From contig JBDTLK010000001.1 in NCBI GenBank assembly GCA_039934835.1, positions 455 through 64,454 on the forward strand: 64,000 bases of DNA. Reading direction: 5' to 3'. The translations under genes and the position numbers were made by a program. This document shows positions 1 through 8,778 of the stretch, one piece after another. The notes beneath the pieces are model-generated. The model did no database searches. It was given only the letters and a program-made list of their open reading frames with translations, and was not told where the DNA came from. The stretch's first letter is position 1. Each line of letters opens with the position of its first letter. The stretch is from Casimicrobiaceae bacterium. Its GTDB lineage: Bacteria; Pseudomonadota; Gammaproteobacteria; Burkholderiales; Casimicrobiaceae.

Positions 1-1
1 C

Positions 2-250
2 ATGGACGAGCTCTCGCCCGAGGACAAGCTGGCGGTGGCGCGCGCGCGCAAGATCCAGCGCTTCCTTTCGCAGCCGTTCCACGTCGCCGAAACCTTCACC
101 GGCTCGCCCGGCAAGTATGTATCGCTCAAGGACACCATCCGCGGCTTCAAGGCGATCGTCGACGGCGAATGCGACCACCTGCCCGAGCAGGCGTTTTACA
201 TGATCGGCGGCATCGAAGAAGCGACCGAAAAAGCCAAGACCCTGCAATAA
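2..250 (+). CDS. atpD: F0F1 ATP synthase subunit beta, C-terminal fragment (5' end lies outside the window)
   Basis: Translation ...[55 protein letters not shown]... is the conserved F1-beta C-terminus. atpC follows 18 nt downstream. Confidence 0.9.
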   Translation: MDELSPEDKLAVARARKIQRFLSQPFHVAETFTGSPGKYVSLKDTIRGFKAIVDGECDHLPEQAFYMIGGIEEATEKAKTLQ

Positions 251-267
251 TCCAAACGAGCCCGATC

Positions 268-693
268 ATGCCTGCCACCATCCACGTCGAAGTCGTCAGC
301 GCCGAAGAGTCGATCTACTCAGGCGAGGCGGAGTTCGTCGTACTTCCGGGAGTGATGGGCGAACTGGGCATCTATTCCAAGCACACGCCGCTGATCACCC
401 AAATCAAGCCCGGGCAGGTGCGCATCAAGATACCCGGCCAGGCGGAAGAGACGGTCGTATTCGTCCAAGGCGGGTTTCTGGAAGTGCAGCCCGACGTGGT
501 GACGGTGTTGTCGGACACGGCGATCCGCGCGCGTGATCTCGACGAAGCCAAGGCCCTGCAGGCGAAGCAGTCCGCCGAAGAGGCGATGCAGAACAAGACA
601 TCGAAGGAAGAAATCGCCAGAGCGGAAGGCGAACTGGCGGGCGCCATGGCGCAGCTCGCGGCCATTCGACGCCTGCGCAAGGGTCGCGCCTGA
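268..693 (+). CDS. atpC: F0F1 ATP synthase subunit epsilon
   Basis: Internal ATG at 268 of ORF 169..693. [44 protein letters not shown]... is typical of epsilon subunits. It sits directly after atpD. Confidence 0.9.
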   Translation: MPATIHVEVVSAEESIYSGEAEFVVLPGVMGELGIYSKHTPLITQIKPGQVRIKIPGQAEETVVFVQGGFLEVQPDVVTVLSDTAIRARDLDEAKALQAKQSAEEAMQNKTSKEEIARAEGELAGAMAQLAAIRRLRKGRA

Positions 694-725
694 CCTGCCG
701 GCGGCGGCGAAGAAGAAAAGACGAA

Positions 726-751
726 GGGGCGGCTTGCGCCGCCCCTTTTTT
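726..751 (+). terminator. Rho-independent terminator of the atp operon
   Basis: GGGGCGGC-ttgc-GCCGCCCC forms a perfect 8-bp stem followed by TTTTTT, 33 nt after the atpC stop. Confidence 0.8.
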
Positions 752-848
752 GTCTACGGAAGGAGTTGCGTGCGTGAGGCGATGCTGCAGTCGCACGCAC
801 TGAAAATCGCATGAGCGAGAATCGCCGCCCGAGCGCGAGGGTGCTCCC

Positions 849-2363
849 ATGAGCACAGTCTCGCCGCCAGATTACGATCTCGCCATCGTGGGCGGTGGCA
901 TCAATGGCGCGGGCATCGCCCGCGATGCGGCGGGACGCGGCTTGCGCGTCGTGCTGCTCGAACAGGACGATCTCGCTGCGCATACCTCGTCGTGGAGCAC
1001 CAAGCTCATCCACGGCGGACTGCGCTATCTCGAGTACTACGAGTTCCGGCTGGTCGCCGAGTCGCTGGCCGAGCGCGAAGTATTGCTCGCCGCGGCGCCG
1101 CACATCATCGAGCCACTGCAGTTCGTACTTCCGCACGAGCCGCATCTGCGGCCTGCCTGGATGATCCGCGCCGGCCTTTTTCTCTACGATCACCTCGGCG
1201 GCAGGCGTACGCTGCCCGCGTCGTTTGCCGCCGAGCTGCAGGGCAAGAGCTGGGGAGCGGGACTCAAGCCAACGTTTCGCAGGGGCTTCGTGTATTCCGA
1301 CGCGCGGGTCGACGATGCGCGGCTCGTGATCATCAATGCCATGGATGCGCGGGAGCGTGGTGCGACCATCCTGCCGCGCACGGAGATGACGCAGGCGCGA
1401 CGCGATAACGGCATCTGGCACGTGCAGACGCGCGACGTGCGCGGTGAGCAGTCCGACCTGCGCGCACGCGCGCTGGTCAACGCTGCGGGACCGTGGGTCA
1501 AGCGCGTGCACGACCAGGTCAGCTCTGCCGCGGGCAAGGAAGGCGTGCGGCACATCAAAGGCAGCCACATCGTCGTGCCGCGGGTGCACTCCGGCAAGCA
1601 CGCGTACATTCTGCAGAATGCCGACAAACGCATTGTCTTCGTCATTCCCTACCAGGACGAATTCTCGCTCATCGGCACGACCGACATTCCCGTCGAACAA
1701 TACGAGAAGCCGCACATTTCTGACGACGAGATCGGATATCTCTGCGCCATCGCCAGCACCTACCTCGAACGGCCGATCACCCCGGCCGATGTTGTCTGGA
1801 CCTACAGCGGAGTGCGCCCACTCTATGATGACGGTTCGTCCGACCCGTCGGCGGTGACGCGCGACTACGTGCTGAAGCTCGATGGCGGCACCGGCGGCAC
1901 GGCGCCGCTGCTGTCGATTTTCGGCGGCAAGATAACGACCTATCGCCGGCTCGCCGAAGCCGCGCTGCTGCAACTCGCGCCATTTTTTCCCGACCTAGGG
2001 CGGCCGTGGACGCGTGATCAGCCGCTCCCCGGTGGCGACGTTCCGCGCGGAGACCTGGCCGCGTACGGCCGCTCGCTCGGCGCACGCTATCCAGGGCTAA
2101 CCGCCGAATATCTCAATGCGCTGTTGCATCGCCACGGCACGCGCAGTACGCGCGTGTTGGGCCAGGCGAAATCCACCGCGGATCTGGGCAAGCATTTCGG
2201 CCACACCTTGTACGCGGCGGAAGTCGACTATTTCGTCGCGCAGGAATGGGCGCGAAGCGCGGAAGATGTGCTCTGGCGTCGCACCAAGTGCGGCCTGCAC
2301 CTGAACTCGGCGCAGCGCGAAGCCGTCGCTGTGTATCTTCTCGAGCAGTACGGTTACCGCTGA
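849..2363 (+). CDS. glpD: Aerobic glycerol-3-phosphate dehydrogenase (FAD-dependent)
   Basis: 504 aa. N-terminal FAD fold DLAIVGGGINGAGIARDAAGRG, and the TSSWSTKLIHGGLRYLEYYEF motif characteristic of GlpD. Confidence 0.9.
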   Translation: MSTVSPPDYDLAIVGGGINGAGIARDAAGRGLRVVLLEQDDLAAHTSSWSTKLIHGGLRYLEYYEFRLVAESLAEREVLLAAAPHIIEPLQFVLPHEPHLRPAWMIRAGLFLYDHLGGRRTLPASFAAELQGKSWGAGLKPTFRRGFVYSDARVDDARLVIINAMDARERGATILPRTEMTQARRDNGIWHVQTRDVRGEQSDLRARALVNAAGPWVKRVHDQVSSAAGKEGVRHIKGSHIVVPRVHSGKHAYILQNADKRIVFVIPYQDEFSLIGTTDIPVEQYEKPHISDDEIGYLCAIASTYLERPITPADVVWTYSGVRPLYDDGSSDPSAVTRDYVLKLDGGTGGTAPLLSIFGGKITTYRRLAEAALLQLAPFFPDLGRPWTRDQPLPGGDVPRGDLAAYGRSLGARYPGLTAEYLNALLHRHGTRSTRVLGQAKSTADLGKHFGHTLYAAEVDYFVAQEWARSAEDVLWRRTKCGLHLNSAQREAVAVYLLEQYGYR

Positions 2364-2371
2364 AGATCGCG

Positions 2372-3166
2372 ATGCAGCCTCTGTCCGCGCTGGCGCCGCA
2401 CATTCGCAGCAATATCGTCGGGGTGCTTGCCGACATCGATGACACGCTGTCCAGCGAGGGTCGCATGACCGCGGCGGCCTATTGCGCAATGGAGCACTTG
2501 CGCGACGCAGGACTCAAAATGCTGGCAATCACGGGAAGGCCGGCGGGTTGGTGTGACCACATCGCGCGCATGTGGCCGGTCGACGCAGTGGTGGGCGAGA
2601 ACGGCGCGTTCTACATGCTCTATGACGCACGGGCGCACCGGTTGCGCACGCGATTCGCGGCCAGCGCTGAGGAGCGTCAAGTCCAGCGTGAGCGTCTCGC
2701 CGCGATCGCGTCGAGCATCCTGCGTGAAGTGCCGGGCTGCGCGCTGGCGTCCGACCAGGGTTATCGCGCCAGCGACCTGGCGATCGACTATTGCGAAGAC
2801 GTGTCGCCGCTAACTTCCGCGCAGGTGGAGAAAATCGCGACGCTCATGCGGTCCGAAGGCCTGACCGCAAAGGTATCGTCAATCCACGTCAACGGCTGGT
2901 TCGGCAGCCACGACAAGCTGTCGATGACGCGGCGGCTGTTCGCCGACGAATTCGGTGTGGATCTCGATACCAAGCGCGAGCGCTACATTTTCATCGGCGA
3001 TTCCCCCAACGACGCGCCGATGTTCGGCTATTTTCCCTATTCGGTAGGGGTCGCGAACGTGCGCAAGTTCGGCGGGCGTCTCGACGCGCAACCAAAGTAC
3101 GTTACCGACAGCCAATCAGGCGCCGGTTTTGTCGAGTTGACACAACTGCTGCTGCGATCGCGCTGA
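2372..3166 (+). CDS. HAD-IIB family hydrolase (sugar-phosphate phosphatase-like)
   Basis: ATG at 2372 inside ORF 2246..3166. HAD motifs VLADIDDTL, AITGRP and FIGDSPNDAPMF. The start lies 9 nt after the glpD stop. Confidence 0.75.
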   Translation: MQPLSALAPHIRSNIVGVLADIDDTLSSEGRMTAAAYCAMEHLRDAGLKMLAITGRPAGWCDHIARMWPVDAVVGENGAFYMLYDARAHRLRTRFAASAEERQVQRERLAAIASSILREVPGCALASDQGYRASDLAIDYCEDVSPLTSAQVEKIATLMRSEGLTAKVSSIHVNGWFGSHDKLSMTRRLFADEFGVDLDTKRERYIFIGDSPNDAPMFGYFPYSVGVANVRKFGGRLDAQPKYVTDSQSGAGFVELTQLLLRSR

Positions 3167-3189
3167 CCAAGCCCAGCGTAGGTGCGGCG

Positions 3190-4821
3190 TCAGCGCTTGG
3201 CCGTGTTCATCGCGGCGAGGCTCGACAGGTCGACAGCCTTGAGCGCATCGCTGAGTGCTGCCGCTTCGACGCCCGAACCTTCCACCGTCACGCTGAAGCG
3301 ATTGGCGACGAGCACGCCGACCGCGCCGCTTTTCGCGCGCCGATCGTAACGCTCGTGGGTGAGCTGGCCGTCAACCTTCCGCGTGCGTTCGTAGCCGGTG
3401 CTGGTCTCCTTTTCCATGTTCGAATCGGCTTTGCCGGCCAGCGCCGCGAGTCCGGCCATCGACCCCAGGTCGGTAATTTCGATGCGGATGCTGCCGCCGC
3501 TGCCGTTGGTATAGCGGCCGGTGGCGTTGGAACTCTTCACGCCCATCGCCTCCCCCCCCTGACCCGAAGCTTCGGTGCGCTGCATGCCCGGCAGCGACGC
3601 AGGCAGCATCGCTTTGAGTTCATGAAAGTCGATGATCTGCACATCATTGCCGCCGGCCATGATCTGGCCGACCGCACTCATCGCGGCGGCGGGGTCGACC
3701 GCATTGGAGCTGCCGGGACGCGCGGAGGCGCCGGCCTGGACCGACGTGTCAGCCTGCTCGCCGGCTTTCTTGAGCGTCTTCAGCGCCTCGCTGACCCGCT
3801 CGCGGTCGGCTTCGGATTTGCCGCCGAAAATATTCGACAGCACGCCGGCGGCGTCGCCGGCCGACGCTGACGAATCGACATGCGCAGGACGCTGACTCAG
3901 CGCGCCAAGGCCCACGAAGGCCAGTCCGGCCACCGCGCAGGTGCTCAGCGCACTGACCACGATCGACATGACTATCGCGCAAAGTACCAGCACGACTGTA
4001 TATCCGATCGATTTCTCCTTGGGACACCGCATCAGCACCGGCAGCCCGAGGTAGAGCAGATAGAGGCCGTAAAACGCAGCGACGACGCCGATGATCGCGA
4101 GCATCGGAATGACATTGAAGATCGCGGCGATCCAGCCGGGCGTGAAGCTGTAGGCGGTGACCTTCAGTGCGGCGAGCGGATTGCGCTGTCCGCCGAAGTG
4201 GGGCGCGAGGGCATCGACTAACAACGCGATCAGGTAGACGATCAGGAACGACAGTCCGAATGTAAGGATGAGCTGGAAGAGGCCGGCGACGATGCCGGTG
4301 CGCACCCGTCCGAACGGCCCGAGCGAGATGCCGACGAGGGTCGCGCCGAGAAAGGTTGCGATCACGCCGATGGCGACCAAAGGTGCCACGTAGCGCAGGT
4401 AGATGGCGCGCGACGACGAGGGTTCCGCCGCGATCACCGGCCATTCGGTCGCCGGTGACAGCAGGATTGCCTTGGCGCGCGCAAAGATTCCGCGCGCCAG
4501 TTCGCTTGCCTCGGCGCCAGCTTGCGCGGTATCGAATCCCGGATTGAATGCGCTCCCGGCGCCGTCCGCGGTGCCGGCGATCGCCGCGAGCCCGGGACGC
4601 GGCTCGGGCGCGGGCTCCGAAGCAGGCCGCGAGATCTGCGCCGCAGAAAGAGGAGCGGCTGGAGGCAGCGCGGCGGCGCTGTGCGTCGGGGCTGGTACGG
4701 CCTTCGAATCCTGATACGGGGGCGCGACCCCGGTTGCCGCCACTACGCTGCTTGGCGCCCCGCAATTCGAGCAAAACTTTGCGCCATCGGCGACGCGTTG
4801 ACCGCATTGGGCACAGAACAT
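3190..4821 (-). CDS. Zinc-ribbon / Yip1-domain membrane protein with an uncharacterised C-terminal domain
   Basis: 543 aa. N-terminal CxxC..CxxC (MFCAQCGQRVADGAKFCSNCG), a Pro/Ala-rich linker, about 5 TM helices resembling Yip1/DUF1282, then about 230 aa with no family I recognise. GGAGG lies 8 nt upstream of the ATG. Confidence 0.7.
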   Translation of the reverse strand: MFCAQCGQRVADGAKFCSNCGAPSSVVAATGVAPPYQDSKAVPAPTHSAAALPPAAPLSAAQISRPASEPAPEPRPGLAAIAGTADGAGSAFNPGFDTAQAGAEASELARGIFARAKAILLSPATEWPVIAAEPSSSRAIYLRYVAPLVAIGVIATFLGATLVGISLGPFGRVRTGIVAGLFQLILTFGLSFLIVYLIALLVDALAPHFGGQRNPLAALKVTAYSFTPGWIAAIFNVIPMLAIIGVVAAFYGLYLLYLGLPVLMRCPKEKSIGYTVVLVLCAIVMSIVVSALSTCAVAGLAFVGLGALSQRPAHVDSSASAGDAAGVLSNIFGGKSEADRERVSEALKTLKKAGEQADTSVQAGASARPGSSNAVDPAAAMSAVGQIMAGGNDVQIIDFHELKAMLPASLPGMQRTEASGQGGEAMGVKSSNATGRYTNGSGGSIRIEITDLGSMAGLAALAGKADSNMEKETSTGYERTRKVDGQLTHERYDRRAKSGAVGVLVANRFSVTVEGSGVEAAALSDALKAVDLSSLAAMNTAKR

Positions 4822-5302
4822 CGGTACGGCCTCCGGACGGGATATGTTCTTGGTAGTGTGTCGGGATTGTGCCCGGCTGTACGATCCACTTCAATCTGAA
4901 CCGGGCGCGGGCCTAGAAGACCGGGCGAACAACGGTATCGCCGCGGCGGCGTTACCTGAGATCTGCCTCCGCGCATACCCGCCACATCTGCCGCTGCGCG
5001 GCAGGAGCGCGCGGCTGCTGATGAGCTGTGCGGCGATCTGAGTGGCGTGTGGCTATCGCTGTTAGTGAACACACACTGACAGCCTATCCGGCGGTGCGCT
5101 CCGCCGCGTCCGTCCGTGCGCGCTGACGGTTGTGGTCGACGGGAATGTCACCATCCTGCTTGAACGGTAACATCTGGACAGGTATGCTATTTGCATAGGA
5201 AACCTAAGCTATCATTGCAACCCCGCTCGCTAACACGCTGAAGCAATTGGCCGGCGGCATTCGCGGACGGGATGGCGGGGTGACGGTCAGGAGAGAGCCG
5301 CG

Positions 5303-5566
5303 ATGGTCCGATACGGTTTCAACATCAAGACGCGCAGCGGTCAGCGAGTCGACAATATCTGCATCATGGCGCCGACCCGCGACGACGCGGAACGGCGCCT
5401 GCGGCAGATGTATCACCACTGCGAGATTATCGGCTGCCATGCCGAATCGGTGCGTCGCAGCGACCCCCTCGACATCGAAAACGTCATCGGCATGATCAGC
5501 AACGACCCCATGACCATCCCGACGGTCGCGCGCTCGATGCTACGCAATAAATCCACCGCTCACTAG
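5303..5566 (+). CDS. Small hypothetical protein (87 aa)
   Basis: AGGAGAG lies 7 nt upstream of the ATG, and third codon positions are strongly G/C as in neighbouring genes. I recognise no family. The 3' end overlaps the convergent ParA-like gene by 27 nt. Confidence 0.5.
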   Translation: MVRYGFNIKTRSGQRVDNICIMAPTRDDAERRLRQMYHHCEIIGCHAESVRRSDPLDIENVIGMISNDPMTIPTVARSMLRNKSTAH

Positions 5567-6304
5567 TTCTTCCACCAGCAACTGATAGTCCGACGCGCCG
5601 CGGCTTTGCGGTGCGTGGCGAAACACGTCGAGCTGGCGTGCCGGACTCTCCGCCAGGCTCACGTTCTCCGCGATGCGCGTGGCGCAGATTTCCTCGGGCC
5701 GGAACGCCATCGCCATCAGATCGGCGACCTCGGAACTCATTTTGCGCCGCGCATCGTAGCGCGTAAGCAGGTAGCGTCGCGGCTTGCGGCGCTTGAACAC
5801 CGGCTCGAGCGCGTTGAGGCTGCGTTCGACCTGCTGCGCGCCCTGCAGCGCGAGATAGTCGGCCGATACCGGCACCACGACCAGGTCGCACGCGAAGATG
5901 GCGTTGAGCGACAGCACGCCCAGCAGCGGACAACAATCGATGACCACCGGATCGCTGTGCGCTTCCGGACCCTTGAGCGCGGTGCGCAACTTGCTGACGA
6001 CATTGACACCCTTGCCAAGGATGGTGTCGAGTTTGGTGAGCTCGAGATGCCCGGGACAGATGATCACGCCACTGGAAGTGATCTGTGCGACATCGGCCAT
6101 CGGGCGCTGCCGGACAAAGAACGAATAGACCGAGTCGTCGGCCAGGCGCGGATGTGCGCCGAAGATGCCCGACAGGTGCGCTTGCGGATCGAGATCGATG
6201 CCCAGTGGACGCTGCTTGCGCCTGGCGATCCCCGCCAGCAGGTTAAGCGCGGTCGTGGTCTTGCCAACGCCGCCTTTTTGATTGAATACCGCGATGACCG
6301 TCAT
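5540..6304 (-). CDS. ParA/MinD-family P-loop ATPase (orphan)
   Basis: Deviant Walker A MTVIAVFNQKGGVGKTTTALNL, then IDLDPQ and VVIDCCP motifs. 254 aa. Starts 9 nt after the phnE stop on the same strand. Confidence 0.85.
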   Translation of the reverse strand: MTVIAVFNQKGGVGKTTTALNLLAGIARRKQRPLGIDLDPQAHLSGIFGAHPRLADDSVYSFFVRQRPMADVAQITSSGVIICPGHLELTKLDTILGKGVNVVSKLRTALKGPEAHSDPVVIDCCPLLGVLSLNAIFACDLVVVPVSADYLALQGAQQVERSLNALEPVFKRRKPRRYLLTRYDARRKMSSEVADLMAMAFRPEEICATRIAENVSLAESPARQLDVFRHAPQSRGASDYQLLVEELVSGGFIA

Positions 6305-6313
6305 GAACGCAGT

Positions 6314-7123
6314 TTACAAGACCCGCTTGCGCACGACGGTGACAATCACCTCGGCCAGGATCACGACCGCGAAAATCGCGAGCAGGATGGTCGCTACGCG
6401 ATCCCACTGGAACAAGTTCATCGCAGAGTCGAGCGTCATCCCGATGCCTCCCGCGCCGACGAGCCCCAGCACCGCCGATTCACGCACGTTGATATCCCAG
6501 CGAAACAGCGCGATTGACCAGAAGGCTGGCTTGACCTGCGGCCAATAGCCCCAAGCCAGTCGCGACATCCAAGGCGCCCCCGCAGCTTCGAGCGCCTCCA
6601 CCGGCCCGCGGCTGGATTCCTCGAGCGCCTCGCCGAACAGCTTGCCGACGAAGCCGATCGAGCGAAAGGCGATCGCCAGCGTGCCCGCGAGCGGACCCGG
6701 CCCGAAAATGCCGACGAAAAGCAGCGCCCACACCAGCGAATTCACCGATCGCGACGAGACCAGGATCAGTCTCGCCAGCAGGTTCAGCGGCGTGAAGGGA
6801 CACAGGTTGTGCGCCGCCATCACGCCGACCGGCAGCGCGAGGAGCAGCGCCAGCAACGTCCCCAGCGAAGCGATGTGAATAGTCTCCATCAGCGCGGCAT
6901 GCACGCTCGTGGGGTAGTACGCGGCGTCGATGGGCCACATGCGCGCGAGCAGATCGCCCATCTGCTCGGGTGCGTCAGCGAGGAATTCCGGAATCACCTC
7001 GACGCTGCGGACCGACGCGACGATCGCCACCACGATCGCCAGATAGACGGCGAAGCGGGTCAGCCGCTGCGCGCGCGAAAAGCGACGCCAAATGGGCAGC
7101 GGCAGCGAGGAAGCGTCAGTCAT
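6314..7123 (-). CDS. phnE: Phosphonate ABC transporter permease (second copy)
   Basis: Internal ATG at 7123 of ORF 6314..7237, overlapping the upstream phnE stop as ATGACTGA. Polytopic permease with a PhnE-like ...WDINVRESAVLGLVGAGGIG... region. Confidence 0.8.
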   Translation of the reverse strand: MTDASSLPLPIWRRFSRAQRLTRFAVYLAIVVAIVASVRSVEVIPEFLADAPEQMGDLLARMWPIDAAYYPTSVHAALMETIHIASLGTLLALLLALPVGVMAAHNLCPFTPLNLLARLILVSSRSVNSLVWALLFVGIFGPGPLAGTLAIAFRSIGFVGKLFGEALEESSRGPVEALEAAGAPWMSRLAWGYWPQVKPAFWSIALFRWDINVRESAVLGLVGAGGIGMTLDSAMNLFQWDRVATILLAIFAVVILAEVIVTVVRKRVL

Positions 7124-8012
7124 CTTCGAGATGCCGTTCGCGCGTCGATGCCAGCCGGCCGACGCGCCGTCGGAAGAGGTCGGCGAAGGAGAGGCCTTCA
7201 ATGAATATCGCGCGCACATAGGTCGCGAGAAATTCACCGAGCATGATCAGCGCGATGATCGAGATGAGAATGGCGCAGACATAGTCGTAGTCGAAACGCT
7301 GGAACGCGGCGAACAGCGTGCCGCCGATGCCGCCGGCGCCGACGATGCCGACCATGGTCGAGTTGCGCAGGTTCGAATCGAGCTGGTAGGTGCAGAAGCC
7401 GATGAATCGCGCGAATACCTGCGGCAGCACGCCAAAGGCGATGACGCCCATGAATGGCGCACCGGTGGCGCGCACGGCCTCGACCTGCTTGAGCGAAATC
7501 TCCTCGATGGCTTCGGCAAAGAGCTTGCCGATGAAGCCGATCGAGGCGACGGTCAGTGCCAGGATCCCGGCCAGCGCGCCGAAGCCGACCGCCTTGACGA
7601 ACACGATGGCGACAATGACCGGATGAAACGAGCGCGCGCCGACGATCAGCAGGCGCATCGGCCAGCTGACCCACGCCGGCATGAGGTTGCGCGCGGCGCA
7701 CAGTCCGATCGGCAACGCCAGCAAGATGCCCAGCGCCGAGGCGAGCACCGCGATCTCCAGACTTTCCTGCAGGCCCTTGACCAGCAACTCCCAGCGGCTG
7801 AAATTCGGCGGGAACATCCGGCCGAGGAAGTGCGCGGTGTTGTGCAGGCCGGTGACCACGCGGCCCCACGACACGTCCATCTGCGCCGAGGCGTAGACGA
7901 CGTAGAGCGCCAGCGCTATCCAGCCGACTCTATGCCACCAGTTGACGCGAAACGCTGCATTGCCGGCGGTCGCAGTAGTCATCGGCGGCGAGCTGCCACT
8001 ATTTATCGGCAT
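7116..8012 (-). CDS. phnE: Phosphonate ABC transporter permease (first copy)
   Basis: 298 aa. PhnE-like ...QLDSNLRNSTMVGIVGAGGIGGTL... The ATG directly abuts the phnC stop (TGAATG). Confidence 0.85.
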   Translation of the reverse strand: MPINSGSSPPMTTATAGNAAFRVNWWHRVGWIALALYVVYASAQMDVSWGRVVTGLHNTAHFLGRMFPPNFSRWELLVKGLQESLEIAVLASALGILLALPIGLCAARNLMPAWVSWPMRLLIVGARSFHPVIVAIVFVKAVGFGALAGILALTVASIGFIGKLFAEAIEEISLKQVEAVRATGAPFMGVIAFGVLPQVFARFIGFCTYQLDSNLRNSTMVGIVGAGGIGGTLFAAFQRFDYDYVCAILISIIALIMLGEFLATYVRAIFIEGLSFADLFRRRVGRLASTRERHLEDD

Positions 8013-8762
8013 TCATTGCAACCAATCCTCGCCGCCATAGATGGTCTTGAGCATGGCGTCGGAGAGCTGACCGGGGGGGCCATCGAAGACGACGCGTCCG
8101 CCAGCCATGCCGACGACGCGGTCGGCGAAACGCTTTGCCAATTCGACGTCGTGCATGTTGATGACGACCGGAATGGCGCGTTGGCGGGCAATGTCGGTGA
8201 GCAACTGCATGATCTCGACCGATGTCTTGGGGTCCAGCGACGAAGTCGGCTCGTCGGCGAGCAACAGCGACGGTTGCTGCATGACAGCGCGCGCGATGCC
8301 GACGCGTTGGCGCTGACCGCCCGAGAGCGAATCCGCGCGTTGATGCGCGAAGCCCGCAAGGCCGACCACTGCCAGCAGCTCGAAGGCGCGCGCGATGTCC
8401 TCCGCGGGAAATTTCCGGCGCCAGGCTCGCCACGATGAAACGTAACCGAGACGGCCGGAGAGCAGGTTTTCCATCACGCTCAGCCGCTCGACCAGGTTAT
8501 ATTCCTGGAACACCATGCCGATGTGACGGCGTGCCTGGCGCAGCGCCGCGCGCGGCAGCGTGACCAGGTCGCGGCCCTCGAACTCGATCGCGCCCGACGT
8601 TGGCTCGACCAGGCGGTTGATGCAGCGGATGAGCGTGCTTTTGCCGGTGCCGGAAGGGCCGATGATCGCGGTCATGCCACGGGTGGCGACCTCCAGATCG
8701 ATGTCGGTAAGAACCGGCGTGCCGGGGACATAGCTTTTCGAAAGGTGCCTGATCGAAAGCAC
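8013..8762 (-). CDS. phnC: Phosphonate ABC transporter ATP-binding protein
   Basis: Walker [11 protein letters not shown], signature LSGGQRQRV, Walker B LLLADEP. I chose the GTG start at 8762 ([11 protein letters not shown]...), which gives normal spacing to the P-loop. The longer ORF (to 8870) adds an Arg-rich tail overlapping phnD. Confidence 0.8.
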   Translation of the reverse strand: MLSIRHLSKSYVPGTPVLTDIDLEVATRGMTAIIGPSGTGKSTLIRCINRLVEPTSGAIEFEGRDLVTLPRAALRQARRHIGMVFQEYNLVERLSVMENLLSGRLGYVSSWRAWRRKFPAEDIARAFELLAVVGLAGFAHQRADSLSGGQRQRVGIARAVMQQPSLLLADEPTSSLDPKTSVEIMQLLTDIARQRAIPVVINMHDVELAKRFADRVVGMAGGRVVFDGPPGQLSDAMLKTIYGGEDWLQ

Positions 8763-8778
8763 GGCGTATTCGCCGTCG

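Noticed and set aside
372-1973. 533-aa ORF on the minus strand, opposite atpC and glpD
   Set aside because: It is antisense to a clearly identified glpD. The translation is Arg/Ala/Gly-rich with no recognisable motifs. This is a typical open antisense frame in high-GC DNA.
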